In this document: positions 1 to 13,707 of the stretch, piece by piece
Position numbering within the stretch: position 1 is the first letter of the stretch
Layout: each line of letters opens with the position of its first letter
Assembly: GCA_001938485.1 (NCBI GenBank)
Contig: MQRK01218924.1
Span: 1 to 64,000 of the forward strand
DNA: 64,000 nucleotides
Source: Girardia tigrina
Taxonomy: Eukaryota
Direction: 5' to 3'
Made by a program: the position numbers and the translations under genes
Notes under the pieces: model-generated
What the model was told of the DNA's origin: nothing
What the model saw: the letters and a program-made list of their open reading frames with translations, nothing else
Database searches by the model: none

Positions 1-53
1 TATTAAATTGTGTTTCTATCATTCAAATCGCAGAAATAGATAGTAAAATCGTT

Positions 54-642
54 GTGGTGGAGTCGATGCCAGATTTATTGCGGTATCTAATGGTCAATAC
101 GGATGTTATAGATGATTTATTTGCGTTTATGAAAGTCGGTGATTCCCGAGTCAAATCTGTTGTGATCGTTTTTTTGTTTCAAATTTTTGATGCTCAAGGA
201 TTGCATGGATTGAAGGATCAATCATCTTTGACGCCAAAAATGGTTATGTTAATGGCCAGCTTATTGATTGAGTTTTCCAGAGTCTTAATCAGTTTTGAAT
301 GCGATTTGATAACAACAATGGATTCCGGTTGTGTTTTCAATTTCGAGGCTTTCGAGAGAGAGTGTTTTGCATTGTTTGCATTGTTGATGAGCGCCAACAA
401 TGACAATGGTTTGTCCTTATTTAATTTTTTCCAAAAAGTTGAAGGACTCTTGCAATGGATGCAAAATGATAATAATCGTAAATGTTCAAATGATGTTTAT
501 TGGTCCATGATTAGCAGTTATTGTGAATTGATGACCAATATTAAAGTGAAAACAAATAAAGATTTGAAATTCCTTTTTGATATAATTTTGAAATCTTTTG
601 ATCACATTTCTCAAAATATACAATTTAAAAAATTAAGAACCT
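54..642 (+). CDS. Unidentified helical (HEAT/ARM-like?) coding fragment, cut at its 3' side by an inverted Gypsy fragment
   Basis: About 200 open codons in AT-rich DNA with a protein-like, Leu/Phe-rich composition; no motif recognised; the sequence switches to Gypsy at ~643. Confidence 0.35.
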
Positions 643-1800
643 CTACGGAGATACAACACCGAAGAGTCGTCTGACTGGTTGACTTTGTGGTAGACCGAAT
701 AAATGGATTCTGTGAACGACCGAGTCCGTGTTTCGAGAGTTCACAAACGATGAATCCTGTTGCTGTCTAAGCTCAATATTGTTCAAGCGAATTTCTTTTG
801 TCGTAATCGATAATGAACATAAAATGAAATAAAAAATCATCACCCAAAATAGGTGATTGACGTCGCAGACATGGAAAATCCATCGGTATTTAGTATTGTT
901 GATGTTGACTGTGAGCTCAAGATCTCCTCGGCATTTGATTGTGGAATCGTTAGCAGCATGCAATGTCAACCCAAAAGGACGTGTGGGCCGGAATTTGAAT
1001 ATTGGAAGACAGGAAACCGATGCGCCCGTATCTATCAGAAACTGAACGCCGTTGCTCGAGATAGTTAGTAAATTAATGCATCGCTACCGCGATGCCTATG
1101 TTCGGGATACCGTTTTGTTTCTGTGAACTCGAAATGTACAAGGAGACCCGTCATCTAACGCCTTTCATTTGCGGGCTTTGGTATTGTATTGTCTATGATA
1201 ATAACACAAAGTCCGATTTCGGATTTTGTGTTCGAGATCCGTTTGAGTTCGTTTGTCGGGCGGGCCGGTTGACGATATGATTGAAATATCTGGCAGTGCT
1301 TGATCGAATATTATATCTGCTAATTCGGCCAACTCGTCGATGTCTTTGTCCATGTGGTCAATTATGTGATAGCGAATTGGAGTCGGAAGTACCTACAGGA
1401 ATTTGAGTTTAATTATTTCCTGACAGTCAATACTGGAGTCACTGAACGCTTGACGAAGCCGCTGAAGTAGTACTGACAGTTTTTCGAGTCCGTTTGTTAG
1501 AGTCGACAGTGTTGACTCCATTCGCGCATATTTTGATTTTTGGCGTTGCTTGACGATGAACGACTTCAATTTTTCGTAATTCTGGCTTAAGGCGGTTTCA
1601 TGGGAGACAACGGTTACAATGTCTTCGGGCAGTCCTGACCACGCGTGGTGAAATTTGGTGACCGTGTTCACTATTTTGGCTAGAGCAAACTGAGATTCCA
1701 TTTGGTCCAACTAGATGGTGCAGTTATTATAATAGAACTGCGGAATCTTGATTTCAATTCTTCGAATTTTTGCATGGTCGCCATTGTTGTGATTCTCCGT
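643..1800 (-). mobile_element. Degenerate Gypsy/Ty3 gag-protease fragment (DUF7041/CsRn1-like gag), truncated before RT
   Basis: ORFs 1393-1710 (QMESQFALAKI...TKFHH), 1165-1353 (DELAELAD...LCYYHRQY) and 643-969 (LHAANDSTIKCRG...YRWIFHVCDV...VVHRIHL...PVRRL) resemble gag, the knuckle and the protease-to-RT linker. Confidence 0.75.
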
Positions 1801-4260
1801 ACTCATAAACTGAAGAAGACAAATTAAACGAATTCAAAATTGTATTTTTATTAAAAACGGTTTATTTAAACAAGAAATAATTAATTTCTTTTAATTTTTT
1901 TAAATGTATAATTTAATTTTGTGAAATTAAATTATATCATTACAGATGTAATCAAACACACATTGTATGTTCTTGTCATCTTTACCAGCACAGAACTGTT
2001 GTGATCCTATACTTCTGATTCATTTCATAAAATCAGAGCGGTACCTTACTTCATTGATGCTCCTCTCGTTGATAATCGGTATTTCAAGCACCATCTTGAA
2101 AAAATATTTACATAAGGGCTATTTCACAAAATTTTGTGCTGATTCTTTGTTATAAATGATAGATAAATTGTATATTCGTTAGACGAATGGTACAGTTTTT
2201 TTACACGGTTTATAAGTTTATTATGCTAGGAGCCGCATTTCTCGTCCAATCATATTTGACCCTCACGAGGGTGTTTCTCGTTCTCTTTCATTTTACTCTG
2301 GGAATAGTTGTTCATTTTGCATATATATAGGCGCATATCGAATGACAACATCGCTTTTATTGTAATAGATCGAGTTTGTTTATCATTTATTATCGATCGT
2401 TCATACGAAAGATATATACTTCACAAATTCCTTCGGCCATATTCTTCAAATCATTGTTATCGTGAATCGGAGTGATATTGAAATCTTTTGATAATTTCGA
2501 CATTATCAAATTACAAAGAAACAAAAATAATTTTCATTTAAAAAATTGTGTTGGGATTCCGCATTTTAACATATCATTAAAACAACAAACAAAATGTTAG
2601 AAAAATCTATCGCAGCAAGTTAATAACAAATTAACGAATTTAAAAATTAATTTATTTTAACCTTAATGTGCCTCAAGTTCGATTAACCATCACAAATTTC
2701 CGCACCAATGCTCCTTACAAATAGCCAACAGGAACTTTATGTGATCCACTAAATACTAATCCACAAAGAATAAATTTTAATACTGTGAAGAGAAATATCC
2801 TAGATTCATTCCATCTACTTTCAATATGTAAATTATTACTCTCATTTCGATAAACAATATAAGCTCGAATAGCTATCTGCAACGTTTTATATCTCGGCTT
2901 TGTTTAGGCTTTGAACACTTTCTTATTCTAACTTATAACAGACTTATAGCAGACGAATTTATACTCACACACAGTGCTTTTTTTCTTGTAAAAAAGGTTT
3001 GCGAACTCATTTTGTATCTGTTTTTACCTTATGTAAGAAAGTACTATAATTGAATTTTCCCACTAAACACAAATTTATTTTACAGGAAATTTAAAGACAA
3101 ACGTTTTTATAAGAAAATTATAGACTCAAAGAGTTTATTTATAATAAAAACCGACCTGACTAAAGTTTATGTGGAAAAATCAAAAATGTATTCTACTGTA
3201 CCGTGATACTGTACCGTATTAGGCTTTAAAACAACTTCCAGAGTTTTCTCTTGTTTTCATCAGACAAATCATCTCGATTTCTTTTCTTACTTTGTGAGTT
3301 TAGAGCTGAATGTTGCCTCGAAGGAGCCAAGAGTCTACGTACTTTGTAGGATCAAATATGTTAGTGGAGGGCTGACCATTCTGATGAATAAAAGTGCCGA
3401 GACTGTTTTTGTCATAAGCAAAGCTCTCGTTGGAGTGATTATCAAATTCATTTGTGAGAATCCCCTTTCACACTCGCTGGAAGAAATGGAAATTGTATTA
3501 AGAGCATGTATCAGAGGAAGAATTCTTTCAGAATATGTTCTTTCCGTAAGATAATACGAATCCATGAATGATTTCTCTTGCGTTAAGTTACAGCCTGCTA
3601 CACAATTTCTCAATTTACGCTTCTCCAAATGTCAACTTGTTGTTCATGTTATCTGTTCAATGGCTCTGATCTAGCATGCTAGTTCATTGAGCTAGTTCAA
3701 CATCATAATTAGACAGTAATCTTTTCGCAATTGATTCGCTAAGTTTCTCATAAAAGACATTTGCATCAATAGGAGGGTCATTTTTGCAGTTTCTGTTGTG
3801 TAGTACAATTTCATTAAATATTAGATGCTCAGCAGCTGCTGTTGCACTCCTGTAGTATGGGCCTGGATTTTCCCTTCGTTCCACAAACACCTGTACGAGT
3901 GATTTTATTTTTTGAATCGCTTTGTAAAGATTCATGTTTCGCTGCTGTAGGTCCAAGCTCAATTCAGATAACTCTTGAAGAGCATTACACATCAGACCAA
4001 GATCCATCACAAATTCAGTTGATGCTATTTTCTTCTTCAACACTTCATATGTACATTTCTCATTGTTACTTCTTATGGGATCAGTCATTGCTTCTTCAAA
4101 ATGATTTATCAGAGCTGCATAATTATTCCACACTGCAAACACTGCACGGAAACTTGACGAAATCCATCGCGTACTTAAAACCCGTCCAATTTTTAATAAC
4201 TCTACTTCAAGTAATTTAGCACATGAATGCAGTTCTCTACTATTTCTTCGAGAAGCATGG

Positions 4261-6120
4261 TGTAATACTCTACTTCCTCGTGGTTGGTGTGTGTATGTGG
4301 TTTTTCTTTCATTTGTCTCTGTACTTGACCTTGATTGATTTGAGTGTTCGCTGTACTTAGGCATGTCTTGAGCGTGTTGTATGCTGTGTTTGCTTACGAT
4401 CCCATCGGANNNNNNNNNNNNNNNNNNNNNNNNNNNNNNNNNNNNNNNNNNNNNNNNNNNNNNNNNNNNNNNNNNNNNNNNNNNNNNNNNNNNNNNNNNN
4501 NNNNNNNNNNNNTGAAACTTCAAAAGTCCATAGTCACTACTTTAAAATTTCTAATAAACCTATCGAAATATCTGGCCAGAAAAGACAATTTAGTCAATGC
4601 CTAAATTCAAATCTCTCAGTTATGCCAAATGTCTTACATGAAAAANNNNNNNNNNNNNNNNNNNNNNNNNNNNNNNNNNNNNNNNNNNNNNNNNNNNNNN
4701 NNNNNNNNNNNNNNNNNNNNNNNNNNNNNNNNNNNNNNNNNNNNNNNNNNNNNNNNNNNNNNNNNNNNNNNNNNNNNNNNNNNNNNNNNNNNNNNNNNNN
4801 NNNNNNNNNNNNNNNNNNNNNNNNNNNNNNNNNNNNNNNNNNNNNNNNNNNNNNNNNNNNNNNNNNNNNNNNNNNNNNNNNNNNNNNNNNNNNNNNNNNN
4901 NNNNNNNNNNNNNNNNNNNNNNNNNNNNNNNNNNNNNNNGAATATAATTAACTGTAATTGCTTGCCGTTAGGTTTTAAATGACGTTCATGAATATTCCTG
5001 GATTTTTGTTATCCTAATAAATTTATTATTATGCAAGGTGAATTATTTTGTTTTTTTTTGGCTTGGGTTTTTTTATATTAAACTTTTATTTGTGGTTTAA
5101 CGTTATTTTGTTTATTTATTTTTTATTTATTCGCAAGTAAGATTTGCTATTTCGAAATTGTCGAAATAGTAAATTTTACAGTGGTGTCAGAAGTGGGATA
5201 TTACAATAGTACCCCGCCAAGAAGAGCGGAGCTATGGTGTTTTTTTAAATTATTCTTTGATTATGTAAAATTTACTTTTGATAGTTTTACATGTGGAGTC
5301 ATTAATCAAACTAACATTCAATTCATCGAATCGTTTCGTTGAACAAAATCTTAGCCTCTTTTGATTAACAATGTTGTGTATTCCATTCATATCCAGTGTG
5401 AAAGAATGTTTCATTTGATTTATAATTTTGTATGGTCCTTCCAATGTATTGGTGATGTTATTTCTTACCATTGCCGATAAGTCTGTGAATGTGCCATCAA
5501 TAGGATTGGTAAATATGTCGAGAGGTTCCATAGATTTCTTGCATTCGTTATTGTTTTCTGTGGCGAATAACGTTGATTGTTTTTTGTTATTGTCGAAATT
5601 TATTGGGTTGTAGTTTTCAGGTTTGACTTCTGAATTTATTGAATTTGTTGTGGTTTGTACGAATTTGTTTAGTGTTGTATATTCTGTCTGCATTGATTGG
5701 TTATATGTTCTCAAAAGATTTGTCGAGGTTTCACGATCTAAACTTGTTGTATCGTTTGATTGTGTGTAGTTATCTACTAATTTTTTTATTAGTGTGTGTT
5801 CGGTTTGTGACTGTACGTTTTTATTCGCTAATTTCTTACAAAGATCAAACTGATTTTTTGATTGTAAAAGGTTTTCTTTTGTTTTTGTAGATTTGATTGT
5901 AGAGAGTGTTTTTTTTGTACGAGATTCGCGGTCTGTGGATTCTGATAAAGTACTTTCTATATATAAATATTTGTGATTATTATGGTAGTTTTTTGTGTTT
6001 TCTAATATTTAAAATGGTTTTGTAAAATTTCTGTTGTATTCTTTTGAATTTGTTGCATTTGTTTTTATAAAAATGTAATTGTTTGCCTTTTTCTTCAATT
6101 TTGAATTGTAAAATGTTCGT
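4261..6120. mobile_element. Rearranged Gypsy insert: LTR(+) and PBS joined to the inverted integrase C-terminus/PPT
   Basis: Starts TGTAAT (4261); LTR-like end TTACA (5180); PBS 5182-5199; minus-strand ORF 5250-5714 with a GPY/F-type motif (EGPYKII...NIVNQKRLR); flanked by a 39-bp direct repeat 4223-4261 / 6121-6159. Contains two N gaps. Confidence 0.7.
5182..5199 (+). promoter_or_regulatory. Retrotransposon primer-binding site complementary to the tRNA-Leu 3' end
   Basis: TGGTGTCAGAAGTGGGAT, 1 nt after the LTR-like ...TTACA; reverse complement of ATCCCACTTCTGACACCA. Confidence 0.85.
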
Positions 6121-8429
6121 ATGAATGCAGTTCTCTACTATTTCTTCGAGAAGCATGGTATATTACGTATAGCTTATCAAGGAATGATTTAAACCTATTG
6201 ACTCCTGAAACGTCCTTTACGGTATCTACTACTGATAGTTCAAGTCTGTGATTAGCACAGTTCCAGAATATCACCAATGGAAATTTATCAGTAAGTAGCT
6301 TCTTTACTCCACTTCTGCATCCCAACATGACTGATGCAGCATCACACGTAACAGAAACTAAATAGTTCTTTAAGTATTCTTCACCCATCCCGTAATATTT
6401 AAGACAGTCTAGTAATGCAGTAAAGATTCAGTTGGCTGTGACACTTTGAAGTTCGACTAAGTCCAGAAATAAATTTACTGGTTTTTGCATTTCAGTACCT
6501 TCTATACAACTTCACAAGTACACTATAAGGGTTTATTTTTCACTCAATGTCGTAGTCTCATCGATCATTAGTGACATTTTACTTTTGGAGTTAACCACTT
6601 CTTTGATCAGCTTCTGTCTCATTTCAGTGCTAATATGGTTCACAATATTAATGCATGCATTTGTCGAATGTAGAATGCGACCCATGTCTATTCCCTTCAT
6701 TTCTTGTAAATCAATTTCCATTTCAAAGTTATTAAATGACTGATTTCGTTTTGCAACTTTGTATGCAGTGCGAAAAATTTTAGCCGTTACTGTTTTCTCA
6801 CGTGTCAGTGACTTTAAAACTACGTTTTCAAGCTTTTCCTTTTCTACTTCTGTTAATATCTTTACATCAGTTTGATGTCCAACAGATTCCTTGTGAAGCA
6901 AAATTTTCTTTCGGAGTGAATTCTGCTGTGTCCTTTTTTCATCTCCGTAACAAGATACTTCGCCATCAGTACATTCTTTCGATATTTTCATGCCAATTTT
7001 TGCTTCTATGCCAAGTGTTCCAACCTTTCGGCAGACTGTACAGTCGAGCTTTTTTCTTCTAACGCACAGCCACTTATATCTTCCGCAGAAGTCTAATTTT
7101 TGCTCCGATGTCAAACAATTTGACTGATCATTGTCCAAGTCTATGTCTACATCGCCTACATACGTTTGTTCTGAGATTATCGTTTGAATATCATTGCCTT
7201 CCGCAAGTTCTTGTTTCAATTGTTTGCTTACCGGAGCAGCAGCTGGGAAAAAACTTGAGATTTTCTTCATTTCAAGGCTTTTTTGTTTGTTTAATTATTA
7301 TTAATTTTAAGACTGTAAAATATAAAATGACATCAAATAATTATTTACCAAATAATTTAATCAATATGGCCACGCCCTCTGAAAAGGCTATACCATAGAT
7401 ATCATATCAAATATTAGAGAATAACAGCATTTGCTACTTGGTACATTTATATAGCTTATTGTTTATTTGTAAACCGTAATTTATGTCGTTCCCGTGAGTC
7501 CCCGCTGTAAAAAGGACTGACAGTAAGTAAAACGCCGATAATTTTATATAAATATAAACGAATCTGTCAAAAAAGGTATGGGAACTGAGTTCCCATGAGT
7601 TCCTACTGAAAAAAAGCACTGCTCACACATCATTCTTTGGTTAACCTTCAGGATTCTGTATGATACATAAGCACGTCAACCTTCATTGGGTTTTAGTTGC
7701 ATCTATTTCATAGTTCGTGGAATGAATTCCTGTTTATTTACTTAAAACTGATTATTTCTTTTAAGAACAAGATTTTTATTATATTTATTATAAGTTACAA
7801 TGTGACCCATTCAAAATAAGCTTTTGATATATTTTATTATTGGTTGGAAGAGGATTAAATTGAGTAATTATATTTAACGATTCTTTGTATTTGTAGTTTT
7901 CTATTCTTATATTCTATTCTAAATTTAAAAACAAAAAATGTCTATCATCAGCATCTACTCCCGCGTGGAAGGTATTAAATTTTTGAATGGAAATGGGCAA
8001 TGCTCAGAGCTGCAGTAAGAAACATGACGAAAATGACACTTTAAGTGTTAAGCAAATTCTATCAAAATTTTTAAATTTTTTTCTTTCGTATGCATTTACT
8101 TTTCGTAAGTCTATTTCATTTTTTGAAATTTATTACCCTCCAGTTTTCACTGCTTTTCCATCCAGCGTTACGTTCGCTATCTACATTGAGCCACAACAAT
8201 AATAAATGATACACAGCTATTATGTACAAACAACTTTTTAGCATTCGTATTAAACATTTCTTTGAGTTAACATTATAACTTATGTCGCGAAATCGCCAGA
8301 TCACTTCTAATATCGCAATGGATTGCGTGAGGCATAATTCACAAGTATTGGACTATAGGATAAGCATTGACAAGACGAAGTGTGGTTGACATATTATTTT
8401 TTTAGCATCTTGTATTTTACACCTGCACA

Positions 8430-8700
8430 ATCTTAGATTTGAAGCGTCAGCAGTGGGTTTGAACACTAAATGACGTACTTTTCTACATTTTCGACAAAAA
8501 ACATATTGACCTTTACAATTATTTGACCTTAACGAAAGACAGAAACGCAGAAGATTTTAGTTGGGATACCACTAAATGGTGTGGTGTAATCTTCAGCAAT
8601 GAAACAGCATTATCTCTACTTGAACTTCATAGTTTTTATGTGATTCGCAGCCGGGGAGACTCTATAAGGCCGGATGCCTTTGTCTCACGACATCAATGTA
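8430..8700 (+). mobile_element. Tc1-like transposase remnant
   Basis: Degenerate W..VIFS(D)E motif (TKWCGVIFSNET) in ORF 8523-9113. Confidence 0.4.
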
Positions 8701-9380
8701 ACTATATATATTATATAACTACAATAATAAACTTCTTTCATTTATCTATTTTCATAACTGGGACAGCATTTACCTTCTTGGTCTATTTTGGCTTCACCTC
8801 CTTACGTTCAATCAATAATGGAACATTTCAAGGAGTGAAATATTCAAGAAGTTCCAAGGACATAAATCGCCAAAACTTATATCGTTTCAAAAGAACTCAC
8901 ACATTTATTAAAAAAAATATTGGCAACAAAATTTGGATCTTCTTTGGGACAATCCTAGGTAGACCTTTCATTGATATAAGTCACTTGAAGATATTAGTAC
9001 TAAATTCAAATTATCTGACTCAGAATTTGACACTAAAATGTTCTCTCTCTCTCTATATATATATAGGTATGTATGTGTGTGTTTGGTTCTTCACACATCG
9101 CCAGTTCTGCTAACCAAAAATGGCCCACTAGGCATTTGTATTCGATGTACACCTCCAACAAAAATATTAAAGAGAGGCGCACTTCGAACTCATTTAAAGT
9201 TTGAGAATAAGTCAAGAACATTTCACCCCCAATACTTCTAATCATTCGCTTTACCAGGTTCAACGATGGAAACATGGTTATACATTTTCTGTCAATTTTC
9301 TCTTAATATGAGCACATTTTTGAGCATTTCATATTTTACGACATTTTGCAAAAATTTCTGACTGGGCAATGAAGAACAAT

Positions 9381-9446
<66 letters not shown>

Positions 9447-10050
9447 TANNNNNNNNNNNNNNNNNNNNNNNNNNNNNNNNNNNNNNNNNNNNNNNNNNNN
9501 NNNNNNNNNNNNNNNNNNNNNNNNNNNNNNNNNNNNNNNNNNNNNNNNNNNNNNNNNNNNNNNNNNNNNNNNNNNNNNNNNNNNNNNNNNNNNNNNNNNN
9601 NNNNNNNNNNNNNNNNNNNNNNNNNNNNNNNNNNNNNNNNNNNNNNNNNNNNNNNNNNNNNNNNNNNNNNNNNNNNNNNNNNNNNNNNNNNNNNNNNNNN
9701 NNNNNNNNNNNNNNNNNNNNNNNNNNNNNNNNNNNNNNNNNNNNNNNNNNNNNNNNNNNNNNNNNNNNNNNNNNNNNNNNNNNNNNNNNNNNNNNNNNNN
9801 NNNNNNNNNNNNNNNNNNNNNNNNNNNNNNNNNNNNNNNNNNNNNNNNNNNNNNNNNNNNNNNNNNNNNNNNNNNNNNNNNNNNNNNNNNNNNNNNNNNN
9901 NNNNNNNNNNNNNNNNNNNNNNNNNNNNNNNNNNNNNNNNNNNNNNNNNNNNNNNNNNNNNNNNNNNNNNNNNNNNNNNNNNNNNNNNNNNNNNNNNNNN
10001 NNNNNNNNNNNNNNNNNNNNNNNNNNNNNNNNNNNNNNNNNNNNNNNNNN

Positions 10051-10086
<36 letters not shown>
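9381..10086. repeat. (CA)n/(TA)n microsatellites flanking an assembly gap
   Basis: CA run then TA run before the N block (9449-10050); TA run after it. Confidence 0.9.
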
Positions 10087-10088
<2 letters not shown>

Positions 10089-10199
10089 CTTTTTATAATT
10101 TTGGTGCTTGCTTTTTAAAAGATTTGGATATGTTTACTTTAATTTATACTATATATGATTATTAACATTGAAAAGTATTCAACTTTGTTACGATTTTAG

Positions 10200-11251
10200 G
10201 TTACCTACCCATGCTGTAATGAAACTTATCCTGATATTACCTTTACCATTTTAATGAGAAGACGTACTTTATATTACCTTTTCAACATAATTCTTCCATG
10301 TCTTTGGTTAACGGTGCTCAGTCTTTTAAGCTTTTGGCTTCCTCCAGATTCGGGAGAAAAAATCACTCTTGGAATTACAGTGTTGCTGGCATTTTCCGTG
10401 TTTATGTTGCTCATCGCGGAAAAAATGCCGGCAACAAGTGAATTTGTGCCACTTATAGGTACAAACTAATATGTAATAAATTGTTATTATTAATTTTCGT
10501 AGGTATATATCTGACTGTCATAATGGCAACAACGTCTCTATCAATCGTGCTAACAGTTCTGGTTTTACATATCCATCATATTGGCCCGAATCACAAATCT
10601 ATACCTCCGAAAATAAGACATTTATTTTTTGATAATTTAGCTCCAATGTTAGGTATGACAACAGTTCGTCGGTATAAAATAAGGAAACGTAATAACGAAA
10701 GCATAAACCGTGGACAATTTTCCATGTCATATGCAGATAAGTTTTCATCAAAAGAATTTCTGCCAAATGAGAGGCATCACCATCACGGCAATAAATCTAA
10801 TTCAGCTTCAACGTCAGCTCCCCATATGTTATGTGACAAAAACGACTTTAATGTTTCTAAAATAACAATGTTTGACTGTGTCAATTCGAACTCAGATAAT
10901 AGTACTGATCACTTAGTCGTTGAAAATAAAAGTGCAGACTATTCGAATACTTTTTCGTGTTCAAGTACTCCTCCTATGAAAGAAGAAGGAATTCGTACGA
11001 CCTCCTTGGGAGAAAATATTATTTCTGATCGTAATGTTTTGTGTCAAAATACCATCAATCAGTATTCAGAAATCGTTCGGCATTTGCATCATTTGATAGA
11101 AAAACATCAGGAAGACGAACAGGATCAGGAAATGATGATTGAATGGAAAGTGATGGCATATGTTTTAGATCGATGTTTGTTTTGGATATTCGCTACGGTA
11201 GCCGGGCTAGCTACCATCATAATTTTGTTAATAATGCCATTATTTAAATAA
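10200..11251 (+). CDS. Nicotinic acetylcholine receptor alpha-type subunit, last two exons (10200-10458, 10503-11251): loop C and TM1-TM4
   Basis: Exon reads [15 protein letters not shown] (vicinal Cys, alpha type), [32 protein letters not shown], then [11 protein letters not shown] before TM4. The 44-bp GT-AG intron 10459-10502 keeps frame; stop at 11249-11251. Upstream exons not seen. Confidence 0.93.
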
Positions 11252-11589
11252 AATAATACTGATGTCACTAAATATTTAAAATGAATATGATTTTATCTAT
11301 GGTTATACATTTTCTGTAAAGAAAGTAAAATGAGAAGTTAATGTAGAACGTTATTTGTCATTTATTTTTAGTAAATAAAGAAGAAATATGATTTTCTTTT
11401 TTTTCATATTAAGTTTAATATTTTCATAATTCTAATATTTACTAAATGAATATCTTAGTTCATTGTTCTTTCCATAAACTTCTGAAAAAAATTCTTTCAT
11501 TTTTTTGTTTCAGTTGAAAGTCAATGTAGAGGAACAATTATGGATTATTATAGTATTAATTATGTGCTACACTCTGTAGTATACACTTT

Positions 11590-12508
11590 CGCCTTTAGAG
11601 TGCCCCAAAAGTTCTCAATGGGGCGGCAGTGTGGGACGTTAGGAGGATTACACTCCTTATCAACAAAGGAGATGTTGAGATGATGGAGAAGTTTGAGAAT
11701 GCTGTTGGCTTAATGTGCAGAAGCCAGGTCCGGCCAGAAGAGAATTTCGTCAGACCTTGTCTGATGCACTGCTCTTGATAGAAATCAGCATGTACATTGT
11801 TTGACCGCAGCAAAAATATAGGATCACTGATCTGGTCTGCGGAGACACAAACCAAAACCATCAGCTAAACAGGGAACTTTCTTTCTGTTCTATATTTGAC
11901 GTGTTCAGGAGCAGATTGAGGACTCGAAGAAAAGCAGTGATCATTTCCTGGTAGATAATCACATTTCAACTTGAAGTAGTTCTCATCTGTGTACTGAGGA
12001 GCCTTCTTTCTCTTTCGGTATTTTAGACCGCCTTCCTTGATAATATTCCTCATCGTCGTGGCACAGACACCATACTTACTGGCTTCACGTCTGAAAGATA
12101 CACCACGATTTGTTTGAATCCATCCCTGAATACTTGCGCGCTGTTGATTTGTTAACTTTTTAGTGTGGCCTCACTTCCTGGCTTCCTGTGCACATTTAAA
12201 CTCTTGGAAAGGTTTGAGAGAAGCGTATAGATAGTCGACCGTGCACAACCTTCATTCACAAAGTGGTTTACAGTGAAGGCTTTTCCTTTTAAAAAGTTCA
12301 GCTGCCAAAAGTTGCGAACTCTCTCACGGAGCTGTTGCTCTGTCATGTCTTTTCTGAGAAAATGAATGCCGAGAGGATGACGAAATATTATGCAAGAAAC
12401 CCCCTACCCAATGTGATTCGTGCTGCAATTTGATTGGATGTTCCATTTATTTTTAATTTACTGATAGTATGTATTTTTCATAGGTCCAGATTTTGCCTGC
12501 GCACCCGT
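11590..12508 (-). mobile_element. Truncated Tc1/IS630-superfamily transposon
   Basis: HTH-type N-terminus (MTEQQLRERV...RSTIY...RKPGS), KYRKRKKAP, and DDE-region remnants; one terminal sequence near 12480-12510. Confidence 0.6.
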
Positions 12509-12513
12509 TAATA

Positions 12514-13707
12514 CAGGTTTATTCATAATTACATACCCATTTTTAAGTGTAACTTTATCCATTTTAATTTAATCTTTTTAACATGATACGGAAGCAAAGA
12601 AAATTCATAACGAAAGACATACACGATTTAATAATTTCAATAATCTCCTCTTAAAATTGTTCAATAAAATCGATCACTGAAATTTTGAAATTAAATAGAA
12701 AAACGGTCAGTCTGCATATAAAGATCCATGAAAGAGGCAAGTAATTTTAACCGGCAAATTTAAAACAAAAAGAAACCTGCAGACAGAGAAACGTTGTTTT
12801 CTCTGATGCAAATCAGATTATTTTTAACTCTATTTCGTGTAATAATTCGCCAAATCAAAAAGAATTAATTAAAATTCTAGAAAATCAAACGAATACCACA
12901 CTCTCGCCGACAATAATCTCACGAGAAATAAGAAAAATGAATCTTACAAGAAAAGGATTATCAATAATACCGAACGAACGAAATACACCCGAAAATTACA
13001 TTTAGGAGCGATCTATGAGGCGGAATTTTCGAGAATATCGGACGAAAACTTAATTTTCTTGGACGAGAAAAAGTTTAATATCCATACAACACACTTGTGG
13101 TTATTTCCTGGTAAATACCGAAGCCTACACGAGTGTTCCCGCAAGCAAAGAAACAAATAAAAGCTTAATTTGTGCAATTAATGTTCACGGACTTTTATTT
13201 TTTAAATACAATAACGGAGCTTTCAATTCTCAGACATTTTTACAATTTTTAATGAAGGACTTGTTGACTACTTGAACGCCAATCAGAGCGCAATTCGTGA
13301 TATGGATAATGCTCCGATTCACAAATCGCTCAATGTAAAACCATTTTTACTTTCAAGAAATATTTTTTTATAATTTTTTAGGGCCTTATACTCCAGAACT
13401 AAATCCTATCGAAGATTTTTGTTTCGAATATAAAGCCCAGATTCTATTCATGCAGAAATTTAAATCCTAACTGCTCGATTGAAAACTCCCTGAATACTAT
13501 TTTAGGAAGTGAAAATATTTTTTCTGAAGAATGTGTTGGCTTCTTTCGTAACATGCGAACCTGGATTGAAAAAGCCAAAAGAAGAGAACAATTTATTTGA
13601 TTATAAATAATCTGGTAAATAATTGAAAATAAACTTTTTATGCTATTTTTTCAATATGAGGATTTAAGCTTATTAAATAAATGGGTATATAATTAAGAAT
13701 AACCCTG
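12514..13707 (+). mobile_element. Degenerate IS630/Tc1-like (DD..E) DNA transposon
   Basis: Imperfect TIRs CAGGTTTATTCATAATTACATACCCAT / ATGGGTATATAATTAAGAATAACCCTG with TA flanks; motifs IFLDE, MDNAPIHK, PYTPELNPIE. Confidence 0.8.

Larger units (their letters stand above)
2972..7621 (-). mobile_element. Full-length degenerate hAT transposon (KIAA1586/ZNF862-like transposase), interrupted by an LTR-derived insert
   Basis: Perfect 14-bp TIRs CAGTGCTTTTTTTC (2972-2985 / 7608-7621) and 8-bp TSD CTCACACA (2964-2971 / 7622-7629). Transposase pieces: 6533-7270 (SLMIDETT), 6095-6388 (TCDAASVM, CANHRLEL), 3684-4260 (STRW), 3335-3628 (SSSECERGFSQMN). Confidence 0.93.

Noticed and set aside
9369-10118. 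Long ORFs spanning N runs (also 4622-4982, 37249-38116, 59445-59897)
   Set aside because: Artefacts of translating gaps and microsatellites.
9274-11317. 19-bp direct repeat ATGGTTATACATTTTCTGT flanking the nAChR exons (possible TSD)
   Set aside because: The gene retains an intron and has no poly-A tail; a single AT-rich match may be chance.
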